From Lingula anatina (lineage: Eukaryota; Animalia; Brachiopoda), in assembly GCA_051362555.1 (NCBI GenBank), contig CM120645.1, positions 22,966,434-23,030,433 of the forward strand: a stretch of 64,000 bases of DNA, in the 5' to 3' direction. Under the pieces are notes generated by a model. That model saw nothing but the letters and a program-made list of their open reading frames with translations, was not told the origin of the DNA and searched no databases. Shown here one piece after another: positions 53,685-64,000 of this stretch (position 1 is the first letter of the stretch; every line of letters begins with the position of its first letter). The position numbers and the translations under genes are program-made.

Positions 53685-55060
53685 AGGTATACTGTGATGA
53701 AAAAACGGGTTAAAACTATCCATTAGGTGCCCAAAAGTCATTTTTGAGTAATGAAAAAAAGTTCTTACGTTTATTTAGTTTTTAAAGCCGATTTTATGCA
53801 GGTGTGAATTTAGTTTATGATACTCCCGCGTGGTGGCGCTTTGAGGCGAGTGACGTCACTTGCGTCGAGGCTCAGAAAGCCATATCCGATTCAGCTATCC
53901 GCTTGCCAGCAGTGCAAACTAAAAGCGATACACGAAACTGATTACTACATGATCATTTATAAATTCAAACTTTTGAAGATAGATACACAAAAGAAGATGA
54001 ATTCCCTACGTGGTTATCATTTATTAACCAACAAAATACACCAAAACTATGTTAACAGTAAAGGTTTGGAATCAGGGCAGCGAACATAGTTTTTCACACA
54101 TGCCCATCTGTCGCGTCGGCTGAACGTTCTTATCCCGACTGATAAGAGAAAGTTCCCTTATAATGCAGGTGTGACAGCTAACATTATTTTTCACACCCGT
54201 GCAGTTTACCGGTGTCATTCCGGGAGAGCCAGGTCAGTGGACAAAAGGCCAAAGATATCGGACTGATAGCATCAGACACTACTTTTCACACCTCTGCAAC
54301 TTACCTCGCTACTTCCGCCTTACACGTGATCAGTGCAGCAGTATGTCGAGTAAAAATTTGAGTCCACTATCATGTTAATATTAAAGTTTTCACTAATATA
54401 ACCAGAAAATTCGACAACGTAATTCTGCTACGAACTTTTTTTGGGCTCTAGAAGCTGCTCTCTTCTTCCTTTCGACGGCCGCATCATGCACACATCCTAC
54501 AGGTAAGACTCTCGTCGGCAGCGCTCTGGCATTTACTGTCGCATTTTGGTACTCCAAAAAATCGAATATACTGGGTACAGCATCATCTTTTAGTTTTCTC
54601 CGTGCTTTTCCACCGCACAGGTCACGTACGAAGCATTCCGGCTCGACGTGGTCGCTACAGATCCTCGCGTGTTTTGACACTGTGCTGGGATTTTTTAACT
54701 TCAGAGAATTGAGCCAAATTTTACGTTTTGCGGCATCCGCAGGCAGGATATAATAGCAGATGTCTTTCTTATCGTTACCTACATTACAGCACTCGGGAGC
54801 AACACAACTTTGCAGCATTTTGTTTTTCTGACACCTAGATGTTTAGTCACCTACTGCATAGTATATACTATTACTAGTACAGCTGTGGGAAGCTACTACC
54901 CAGGTTACGTCACTAGAAACTGACCAATCAGAATTTTCCCATCTAAATCTCATCTTTTCTCTCTAAAACTTAAAAAGAACAACTTTTTGACGTGGATTTA
55001 TAGTTTTTATACTGTAAAAAAAGCAGTGAACGCTATGTGTTCCTAGAGCGCAGTAGGCCT
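53685..55060 (-). mobile_element. Kolobok-type non-autonomous DNA transposon carrying a THAP-domain ORF
   Basis: TTAA on both flanks (53681-53684, 55061-55064). Imperfect TIRs AGGTATACTGTG / AGGCCTACTGCG. CpG-rich interior and a THAP ORF. TTAA TSD, AGG termini and THAP are Kolobok hallmarks. Confidence 0.8.
54393..54818 (-). CDS. THAP zinc-finger protein (truncated transposase N-terminus), 141 aa
   Basis: C-x4-C (CVAPEC), conserved P and W, CSDH and AVPSIF box, followed by a basic tail (ERKKRAASRAQKK). No DDE domain. Confidence 0.8.
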   Translation of the reverse strand: MLQSCVAPECCNVGNDKKDICYYILPADAAKRKIWLNSLKLKNPSTVSKHARICSDHVEPECFVRDLCGGKARRKLKDDAVPSIFDFLEYQNATVNARALPTRVLPVGCVHDAAVERKKRAASRAQKKFVAELRCRIFWLY

Positions 55061-55683
55061 TTAAGCCACACTCATGCTGAAAGGCAATGAGATTAAATGA
55101 GAGACAAAATTAAATCACAAATTATTCAGATTTGCTGTCAGTGTTTACCACTGCCCAATGAATAAGCCTGGTCAGTAGATATGAATGTATGGTCAGCCTC
55201 AAAGATTGGTCATCTTATACATTGTCCAGTTGTAAAGGTTGACCAGACATTTAAGCTGGAAAGTGTAAATGACAGTGTAGTATGACAAATTTCTCTCAGA
55301 TCATTGAATCACAAATATTTTCCCCTCGTTTAATTCTCACACTGTCCTTTGTTTGATGTTGTGCAAATTCACAAAAACCAACAAAAACCACTCAGACTCT
55401 TTTTGAGGTACTAGAATAGCTCCAATTTTGTGTAGAAAGGGAAGAGTTTACACTGAATTTATGACCATAAAGTAACCTCAGTCATAATTATTTGTGAATT
55501 CATCAGACAAACTATTTTCTCCAATCAAACGTCTTAAATACTTCTTCTCCAGTAATAAAAGAATTAAATTAAATTAAATTGTTTTTTTAATTAATTGAAC
55601 ATTTGGCATAAAAATAACATAATGCAATGGAATCCTAGGTAAAAAAAAAACTAAAAGCTTTCCAACAGGAGCCTACAGCCAAG

Positions 55684-55880
55684 CTTTGACTGTTTCGTCA
55701 GGATGGTCTCTTTGAGGCCCAAATTCTTCTCCACAATTTTTCTCTAGGCTTTGGCTGTTTTTAAATATCTTCCAGAAGGTCTAGCTCTTTTAGGCCATAA
55801 TTCTTGTCCATTATTTTTCTCTAGGCTTTGAATGTGTATCTTTCAGAGGGCCTAGCTCTTTCAGGGCTTAATTTTTTTTC
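55684..55880. repeat. Degenerate ~72-bp tandem repeat, about 3 units
   Basis: Recurring CTCTTT..GGC..AATTCTT.TCCA..ATTTT.TCTCTAGGCTTTG...TATCTT.CAGA.GG.CTAG. Confidence 0.75.
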
Positions 55881-56776
55881 TAATTCTTCACCACATACCC
55901 CCTTCAGAAATGACATCCTACATCATTGTAGGCAATAATCAATATGTCATTATAACAGCATTACTGTTCCACTTTAATGTGTAAGAATTCGATTAAGAAA
56001 AATCTTCACCTGAGGAAATCTCATATGATGACTTATCAGATGTTAGGACTTAAAGGTAAAACTTACATCCAACTCTGCCACCTGTTTCACTATTCAGGCT
56101 AAAACTTTCCTCACAAATCAATACAATTGCTTCTAATATCATGTCTAAATATTTTTGTTTGTAATAAGACTGGATGGATCAGCATCATAACACTTAACAA
56201 TCACAGCTTATATACGTATGCACAGTCCACATGGGGGGGGGCTGTTGTAAGGGCCTTTTTATTAGCATTATAGATCTTATACCATGATTTATCTGATTTT
56301 TTTTTAATCAACTGATAAAACTTTTACTATAAGTATCACATGCTTTTATCATCTTTACATTTGTCTTTACATTCATCAATTATGTATAATTTCACAAAAG
56401 TCAGCTAGATTGGTTATAACATCAACTTGGCCAGATTGACCCCATCATAAAGACCATACTTTGAGGATGTATTATCATCTATTATGTAGTGGTTTAAGGC
56501 AGATTACCTCTGATTAGCTATAACAATAGTTGTTGATGTTTATGCCCTAATACTTGACCACCAGCTTGATCAACTGACCTGCGCCACCTGTTAGTGTTTG
56601 TGAACTTAATTAAGTGTTTTGTTCTGGTGATCATGTAGGTAATGAGTTACATAAATACTAGTAAGTATTTCACAATATAACAAGGAGAAAGAGGTTGTAG
56701 AGAAAGATTAGGGGTCTTCCATTTTTATTATTATCATTTTCACAAGCCGACTAACCATAGGCATGCATAAACTTAC

Positions 56777-56854
56777 TGTGAATCCACCCATCAAGTTGAA
56801 TCCCAGTGAACGATTCTTCCTCTCCAATATTACTGTAATATTTTCCTCTGTTGG
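56777..56854 (-). CDS. PDZRN3: PDZRN3/4-like exon encoding the start of PDZ1 (PTEENITVILERKNRSLGFNLMGGFT)
   Basis: Acceptor tttcag|CCA and donor ACA|gtaagt. The exon is 78 nt, phase 0/0, in frame with the upstream exon. It contains the PDZ carboxylate-binding loop R-x3-SLGF-N-x2-GG. Confidence 0.9.
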
Positions 56855-57913
56855 CTGAAATATGGAATCATGGAAAATACTCAGAAACATCATAACAATT
56901 CATTATCATATTTTGCTACATGTAATTTCCTTTACCTTTTTTCCAAAGCTCTAAAAAAGGTAAAAGTAGTGAAAAATACAAGGAATAAAAAAAGTGTAAT
57001 GAAATTGTTTTCTTATAAATATTATTTTTACAGGTAGAAATGGCAAGACATCCTTTTACAAATGAATAAAACATCTTTTGAAATAGAGAATATCACTATA
57101 AAAGTAACATTTGTATGTCTAATATATAGCTATAGATTACAGATAAAAATAGCATTAAATATTAAATCAACCAAATATTGTCTCCCTTTTTACCCCAGTG
57201 AGAATTCAAACTTTAAACAGAGAATCATTCTCCATTTGTTGAAATAGTAACTGAATATCCTTGCTATGTATTTGAACCAAATATTAGCAAATCATTATTA
57301 TCTTGTTTTACCTTTTGTTTATCCATTCTGAATAAACAATATTGGCAACTTTATTTTCAAGGGCAAACATAAAACAGGAATTACTTAATTTACAGTAAAA
57401 TTGTCACTTTGAAAGCATTTATTGTAAGGCAGTGATATATTAAAACATTTGAAATAGACAAATTCTAAGCTCTGAATCCTGTTTTTTTTAACACAGTCTA
57501 GAGATTTTATTTTTTGGTTGCAGACATATCAGCCATTACATAATATGACTGAAAAATCAATACATGTAATAAGCAAGACATTTTGTTAACACCACTTCAT
57601 AAATCAAAAGTAATGGTCAGTTGTGGCGCACGGTATTGAATTCTGTAAACCCATGGAATTCAATTCCAAGACAAATGTTTGCAAATTAGCCAGTCCAGCT
57701 AAAGCGTTTCTACATAATCAATAAACATTGGTGATCAGTATGGAGAATAAGGATGTAAATCTAGCCACGACTAAATTCATCCTTTTCACAAAGGAAAGTA
57801 TGTTCGCTATCTCTTGTTGTATTATTACACAATTCCTACAAGATACAAATTAATTAGCTTTTGGAAAAAAACACCTGTATCCCCTTTTCTCAAATGCTGA
57901 ATAATCTTCATGA

Positions 57914-58120
57914 AAAACAAAGAAAAAAAACAGAGGTAGGTGATTATATGACACTCATATTAACAAGGGTGATAAATTCTCTCTCTCTTTCTCTCTCTTT
58001 CTCTCCTTTCAATATCCCCCTAAAATACATACATACACTGTACATGCATGCATCCATACATTAAAAAAACAAAAACAAAAGATGGGTATTTGTATGACAC
58101 TCATAAAACAAGGGTGATCA

Positions 58121-58198
<78 letters not shown>

Positions 58199-58302
58199 CT
58201 ACGTACAGCATAAACATATCCTTGAAAAACAAAAACACCACAGCTAGAGAGTCAGGTGGTGATATGACACTGATAATGAGATAACGGTGATAAATTCCTC
58301 TC
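57914..58302. repeat. Three-unit degenerate tandem array (~145-170 bp period) with embedded (CT)n/(CA)n
   Basis: TATGACACT.ATA...AA.GGTGAT.AAT..CTCTC occurs at ~57947, ~58093 and ~58263, each preceded by AAAAACAAA. Confidence 0.7.
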
Positions 58303-59198
58303 AATTACACCATAATTATGGCAACAGACAGCCAACAAATCAAGTTTCACTGCCTTGTGTTAACTCAGGACAAAAACAAAAAATTAGAAGGGACTTAGAA
58401 GTATTGTTTTTACATTATATGTTTCTCTTACTCCTAAGGGAAGAAACATTAGCTAGATTCAGATCAGCCTGTGAATTTTTTTCTGTGGCTTCTGCAATTA
58501 CTTTAAGAAAATTACAAAAAATGAGGGAAGGGATTTTTTGTAAGGTATGAAAATTAGTTCTGTTCATACATGTTCTTTGTTTTTATATTTTGTTCTTCTT
58601 CTCCCTCGAGATTAAAGAACTCCAGCAATATAAAAATGAATCCTAAATGACAGAAATGCAGAGGGTGATAAGAACCAAACTGTCAAGATGCACTGAGAAC
58701 TTGTTCAATCATGGTCAGCCAGTTGGTTCTCTGTCTCACACATAAAGATATATGTCCAATATTCTTCGATCATTTTATTCTTCTAACATCAATTTTCTCT
58801 CGTCCACATTGAATCTTTTCTAAGTAATGCACATACAGATGTTCTTTTTTATAGTTTTAAATATAAAATTATTCAACTAATGAAAAATTATGTTTACATT
58901 AATGTCTTAAAATACCCTCTAACCTTTGGTTATATTTTATATCTACTCCTTTTTTATTTTATATGTGTCTTTTGATAAAGACAATTACTGTCGATCCAAG
59001 CTGACAAATCTGTCAATTAATATCCCTGTTAATTACAGTACCGGTATCTGATTATGAGGAACTTCAATGTTTCTATCTTGGTGGTTTGTGTATGCTGTGT
59101 GTAAGCCCCTGTTACCACCCTAGCACAAAAAAGCATGCATTAGAACTCTTTTTATTACTGTTTCACATATGCTATAGATGTATATAAATGTATATCAA

Positions 59199-59229
<31 letters not shown>

Positions 59230-59299
59230 TGCGTGCATGCATGCATGCCCACAAGGGGAAGGGCAAACTTTGAATTAATATCATTATAGAAGGTCTCAC

Positions 59300-59803
59300 C
59301 TGTAAGCATGACAGACTGTAAGTTGATAAAGATGACAGCTGACTTTTGCAATCCACTAATCTCTTCTGAAAGTGTTCCACCTGGAATTTCAACTCGGTAT
59401 GCAGCTCTGCAATCTGGCCAAGTAGCATCTTTTCTCGTTTGCCGTAATTTGTCGTAAGTTTTCGCAGCTGGTTTTTTGCAGAACGAAGCTCCAATTCTTG
59501 ACTGGTCACATGATTTCGTAATGCCTGTATGCAGTCGTGATTTTCTGAATTCTTTGGCATCAGGGGCAGTTGGCATCCCTTCTGGCAAAATCCTTGAGGG
59601 CGAAACGAGCACCATGTGGATTCGTGTTCCTCCAATGCATTTAAACTCACCATAGTTTCACAGCCCTGGTTTCTACACTGTATTGGTCTCCACCTACATT
59701 CTTTCATATGCCTCTGTAAAGATGACAGTTTCATTCTCTCCTGGCAACCTCTGGTGAAATATTCACAAGAAACTTCCATGTGTCTTGTATTGTATTGTAC
59801 CAT
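59300..59803 (-). CDS. PDZRN3: PDZRN3/PDZRN4-like (LNX3/4) protein, first coding exon: TRAF-type zinc fingers plus coiled coil
   Basis: The translation MEVSCEYFTRGCQERMKLSSLQRHMKECRWRPIQCRNQGC...HESTWCSFRPQGFCQKGCQLPL...HDCIQALRNH...GKREKMLLGQIAELHTEL matches the PDZRN3/4 TRAF-ZnF and the 'GKREKSL' coiled coil. The exon ends CAG|GTGAGA (phase 0) at 59300. The start is ATG 59803 or ATG 59779 (cacATGG). The ORF-track tail beyond 59300 is intron. Confidence 0.9.
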
Positions 59804-59993
59804 CTATGAGGCACTGATATACTTATACAACAGTTCCCTACTTTCTATATTCTCCTAAAATCCTTTTAAAAAGAGACCCTCTATAATAAATTTCCAAAAA
59901 AAAAAAAAAAAAAAAATCTGCTGATAATCTTCTCCCACGTTGCTCAACTTTGTAGAAATGTCAAGTTCCCTGGTATTTTTAAGGGTATCAATC
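59804..59993 (-). other. 5'UTR portion of the TRAF exon
   Basis: Strong acceptor ttgcgcttttttttccacag|G at 59993. An in-frame TAG lies immediately before ATG 59803, and no RING Cys/His pattern is present. Confidence 0.55.
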
Positions 59994-60270
59994 CTGTGGA
60001 AAAAAAAGCGCAAACCGATTATGTATGTAAAAAAAAAATAAATAAACATCAACAACAAAAGTTGAGATTATAAGAAAAAATATAAAAGAGAAATGCAGAC
60101 ATGTGCACCGCTGTCTTCCGAAGCACTTTTCAGTTCTTTGCACCGACGTTTCACTTTAAACTAAAATTACTCGGAATACGCTGTTGGCCAATACTGCGTC
60201 CTTGTTAATGAACATCCGATATAGCCTACGAGCGTCCCTTAAAACGCAACAACTGTCACCGTCAGCTCAC

Positions 60271-60620
60271 CAGATATGCAATGTTCAACAAACAAACAAA
60301 CACAGCAACGTGTAACAAACAAGCCTAGCAACAGCCTCCCACTGTCGATGCCTGAAACTGGAAATATATTTCTGCCCCGTAATATTATTGTGTTCATTAT
60401 TCTACTATTCTACGAAGTCACTGTCCGCCTATCGCTGCCTCCGAGGAACGCGGCAATTACAGATAATCTCCTTACTGCTCCGCGTGCTGGCTGTTTGACT
60501 GGGAATCGATCCATGAATTCTCAGAAAATGACGGGGAAGCTGTTATCACCATGATGAAATAGGACGTTACGCTCGAGCCATGTGCTCCGCCGTGAACATG
60601 GATTCGAGGCTAATTGGTTC
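60271..60620 (-). promoter_or_regulatory. Putative distal promoter and non-coding first exon of the PDZRN3-like gene
   Basis: Local CpG enrichment in otherwise CpG-poor DNA. A CCAAT box lies on the minus strand at 60613-60617. The donor CTG|gtgagc at 60271 pairs with the acceptor at 59993, giving a 277-nt intron. Confidence 0.45.
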
Positions 60621-60644
60621 ACGAGACTCCCCTCCCCCCCCCCT

Positions 60645-60675
<31 letters not shown>

Positions 60676-61011
60676 CCGCTCTGAGCCCTGTCATGATGTG
60701 GTTGGTATTTAATTTTTAAGATTAATTGAGGGTAGGATCTGGTGAACAAAGATATTAAAAGAGGTTCCCTCTAACTGTCGGATCTAGGATTTTACTGGAG
60801 GGGCAACTGGATAGGGAAAAATTGTCGAGCGAATCAAATATAAAACAGGACATTCAAAAAATCAATGAGTCGTGTAGGTCTGGGGTACATGGATGAAAGA
60901 CATATACAAAGATCATTTGTTTTTTATCTCGTTTCTCTGGTAAAACTTTTTCATGTGAGAAGAGAAAAAGGGGTAGGCCTACCGCCTTGGCACCCCCCCT
61001 CCTCGGACCAC

Positions 61012-61019
61012 CTCTCTCC

Positions 61020-61077
<58 letters not shown>
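61012..61077. repeat. Compound (CT)n(CA)n microsatellite
   Basis: Visible directly. Confidence 0.95.
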
Positions 61078-61079
<2 letters not shown>

Positions 61080-61931
61080 GCGTCCACACATACTCAATGG
61101 ATAGCAGTCCCACCGATTGTTCCGATGCGGAGCAGTGTTTTCCAATATTTAGTCCGGTGTAGTTAGGCCCTACAACTTGTCGCGTTGTCTCAAAATCACT
61201 GCTGGATCAAGGAGACAGTGAAGATCCTTTTTCTGTCACCGATTTGTATATTTGTTGCTTATTGTTACCAACTTAACTCAATTTCGAGAGGAGAAATATT
61301 GCATATTTTTCGACGGGTTATTAGAACTAATTTCGTTAGTGCTTGCGCTAGTCAATGTTTCATTTGCGTGTCTCAGCACCTTCGGTTTTTTCTTTTTCTT
61401 GAAATCATGATGCTTGAAAACTGTAACTGACAGTAATAAAATTATTGAATTGATCAATAGCTGTCATTTTTTTTAATTAAGCATCTTTTATCATAATAAG
61501 AGGACTGATTCCCTTCACCGACAATTGATCCAATCTTTAAGGCCAAAAATTTTAGTCTTATTCTACCCAAAAAAACCACTAGCTATAGAAGTTTTATAAT
61601 AACTTGGACGATTTAAATGTCCAAGATGATAACAAAGACGTAAATAATGCCTCAGACTAAAAGTTAAGTAGACTGTCATGGATTTACTTTGCATTCAAGT
61701 AGACCATTTTTTTAGTCTTATAGATTAAGGACAATTTTCCAACTTGAGTTTTATTTATATATTCATTCATTTATTTTATCAAAAAAGGGGGATTCATCTT
61801 GATAGGTCATAGCTACCTTTAATTTATGCTTTGATGACTACATGAATTGGGTAAAAGCTGATCATTAGAAAACGCCCCCTTTTATCAGTCTGACCAAGCA
61901 GAAGAAGTCACGACACCAAATAATTGAATAA

Positions 61932-62146
61932 CACCCCATTCTCATAGATTAGATCGACCTACATTGGATCGACCTAACTCCCTGGGGGTTCACGCTAAAT
62001 AGCTGTCAGCCGGGCGGACACGAAAGTTAATTACCCCTTAAAGCTTGTAGTAGGCGGGGACGGACACTTAAGGGGGATTATCTGACAGTAATCTAGTGAG
62101 ACTCCCCGCGGTGATAGATCGATCTAAAAGTTGTGAGAACAGAGCC
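61932..62146 (+). mobile_element. MITE family A copy 4
   Basis: Same core and TIRs as the other copies. TAA on both flanks (Harbinger-type TWA TSD). Confidence 0.85.
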
Positions 62147-62832
62147 TAAGTCACCGCTTGCTCATTTCATTGGCGACACGGCAGTGGTGCGTCGGCACCA
62201 TCAAAGGACAGAATAAAGTTGATAAACAGGTTAAGCAGCTGGCCGATACGTAACAGTGGTATATAACAAAGGTTGATTTAAGCTCCGTTATTGTATTAAC
62301 AGTGGACAAGAAATCTTTGAATCTGAAGACCTGTTCAAGTGCCTTTGGTCTACTCAGTGTGATTAACGTCATGCCTGATCGGGGCCAAGTATGATCCAGC
62401 ACAGCACGAACTTGGATAATGACGATCGACAATCGTGGAACGCTGTGATTACAATTGATGGTTCTGAAAACCATTTGCTCGTTTTAACATTTAGCTAATT
62501 ATAAAAACACCTGGACAGTTAGGTGTACATTCAACATCCAAGGCGTTTAGAAGGATCGTGTTTAGTTTAAAAACTCCTAATGTTATGCTTTTGCTATTAT
62601 CTATATTCATGCCACTATCATGAGCGATTGTAGGAACAGTTTTGTAATGGGCAATAAATACCATCTTTATTGATATTATTATTATTATTATTACTTTATC
62701 TTTTCTTCTGTTCTGGGTAAAGCGCCTATTATCTTTACGACGACGTGCGTTTTTGTTCATATTATACAAAAAGAACCACCGAAGATAAGAATCGTAAGTT
62801 TCGAGTCCATATATAGCAACAGATTCTTTAAC

Positions 62833-62833
<1 letters not shown>

Positions 62834-62888
<55 letters not shown>
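62834..62888. repeat. 55-nt poly-C (poly-G on the minus strand)
   Basis: Visible directly. Explains the spurious poly-Gly ORF. Confidence 0.95.
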
Positions 62889-62890
<2 letters not shown>

Positions 62891-64000
62891 GAGTAACAAC
62901 TGTAGAGAATTTACGGTGGGGTCCCTTGCAAGATATGTAATAAAATTAGACAACGAAATAACAAAATGAGAAATTTGCCATTTACTAGTATTACATGGGA
63001 AGTATGCCATGTTTTAGGAATACAAACTTCCATTAATCTTTTATTAAGATGAATATATCAAAAATGAAAATAATGTGTAGGGGTTCATAACGCCTAGAAA
63101 GACGGGGCAAAATTATTTAAAAATTCAACATATTGTTTCAAACGTGTGCAATCGGTAATGCTGGGCTAAAAGGGGAAGTCACTGAAACTGCAATCAAGTC
63201 CTTTTCGCCGACTACCACATGCCCAGTATACGACACAATGGAGCGGTTTAAGTGAGAATTGTGCTTGGTGTGACAAGTCGCTCAACAAACGCATTTTTCC
63301 TGGACAAGTGATGTTATGGCACAGAGTTGATTCTAACGATTTTTTTCATTGTGACAGGCCAGTTTAACTTATTTCCCCCTCCCCTCTTGGTATCTTAGTC
63401 AACCAATGCGGAGCCCTCACTTTGTGAGTACAATAAAACAAACTCTGCACAAAATGGATATTTTTTCATATTTATTTTCAGTATATAACTCAAAGAACAT
63501 ATCTTTCACAATGCATTCCCCGGAAGACCTTTTCTTAGGTTACACCATTCGGCATATTTCTGAGAAATTTGAAAAAAAAAATTCACACTGAAAAACCTTC
63601 AAATACATGGATACATCCACTAAACCTCACTGGTCAGGAAAAGCCATTTAAAAAGATAAACATCCCTTCTTTGTATTACGAGAAAAAAAACTATTTTACA
63701 TTGTTCAATGATAAAAATAACATCTTACAAAAAGAAAACATGTTTGCATAAAAACTGTCTGCACAATTTTGGTCCAACCTAAGCTTTACCACATAATTAT
63801 CACAACTGACTTTTAAATGATAAATATCTGATAAAAAATATCAAATCATCTACATGTCTATGGACAGTAAGAACTGTTGACATGGGCTATATAAGAAAAT
63901 AGGAATACTGCTACAGACAAACACGTAGGAAAAAATATTCTTTAAGAATGTAATGTGTATCAGGATATGCATGTAAAATTATTTGATTTTACAATTACAA

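Noticed and set aside
54430-54445. THAP-to-PDZ fusion via splicing from the transposon
   Set aside because: The only donor-like GTTCGT I noticed near the ORF end is weak and in phase 2, incompatible with the phase-0 host exons.
55684-58302. Spaced repeats as a CRISPR-like array
   Set aside because: Eukaryotic intron, degenerate whole-unit tandem repeats without unique spacers, and no cas genes.
59172-59858. ORFs 59172-59615(-) and 59616-59858(+)
   Set aside because: Alternative-frame and antisense shadows of the real TRAF exon.
62151-62474. 107-aa minus-strand ORF as the missing RING exon
   Set aside because: No C3HC4 spacing and no similarity to the PDZRN3 N-terminus.

Overview
AT-rich invertebrate-type animal genomic DNA, with no prokaryotic features. 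Nearly the whole window is the 5' half of one minus-strand gene of the PDZRN3/PDZRN4 (LNX3/4) family. It has a CpG-rich promoter and non-coding exon near 60.3-60.6 kb, a TRAF-type Zn-finger plus coiled-coil exon (59300-59803) and the first PDZ1 exon (56777-56854). A very long intronic region (>56 kb) follows, in which I could not find the remaining PDZ1 exons. No RING-finger coding sequence is attached to the TRAF exon. The most interesting signal is a series of short ATG-initiated minus-strand mini-exons in the giant intron that end in phase-0 GT donors. Several encode Met-Gly and/or Cys-rich N-termini (MGSAISC.., MGNVVGQS.., MGVFLA..), suggesting an array of alternative promoters that swap the N-terminus for lipid-anchor peptides. 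The intron also carries a THAP-only Kolobok-type transposon, four families of TIR MITEs, one larger TIR element, tandem duplications and microsatellites. Most ORFs in the supplied track are spurious.
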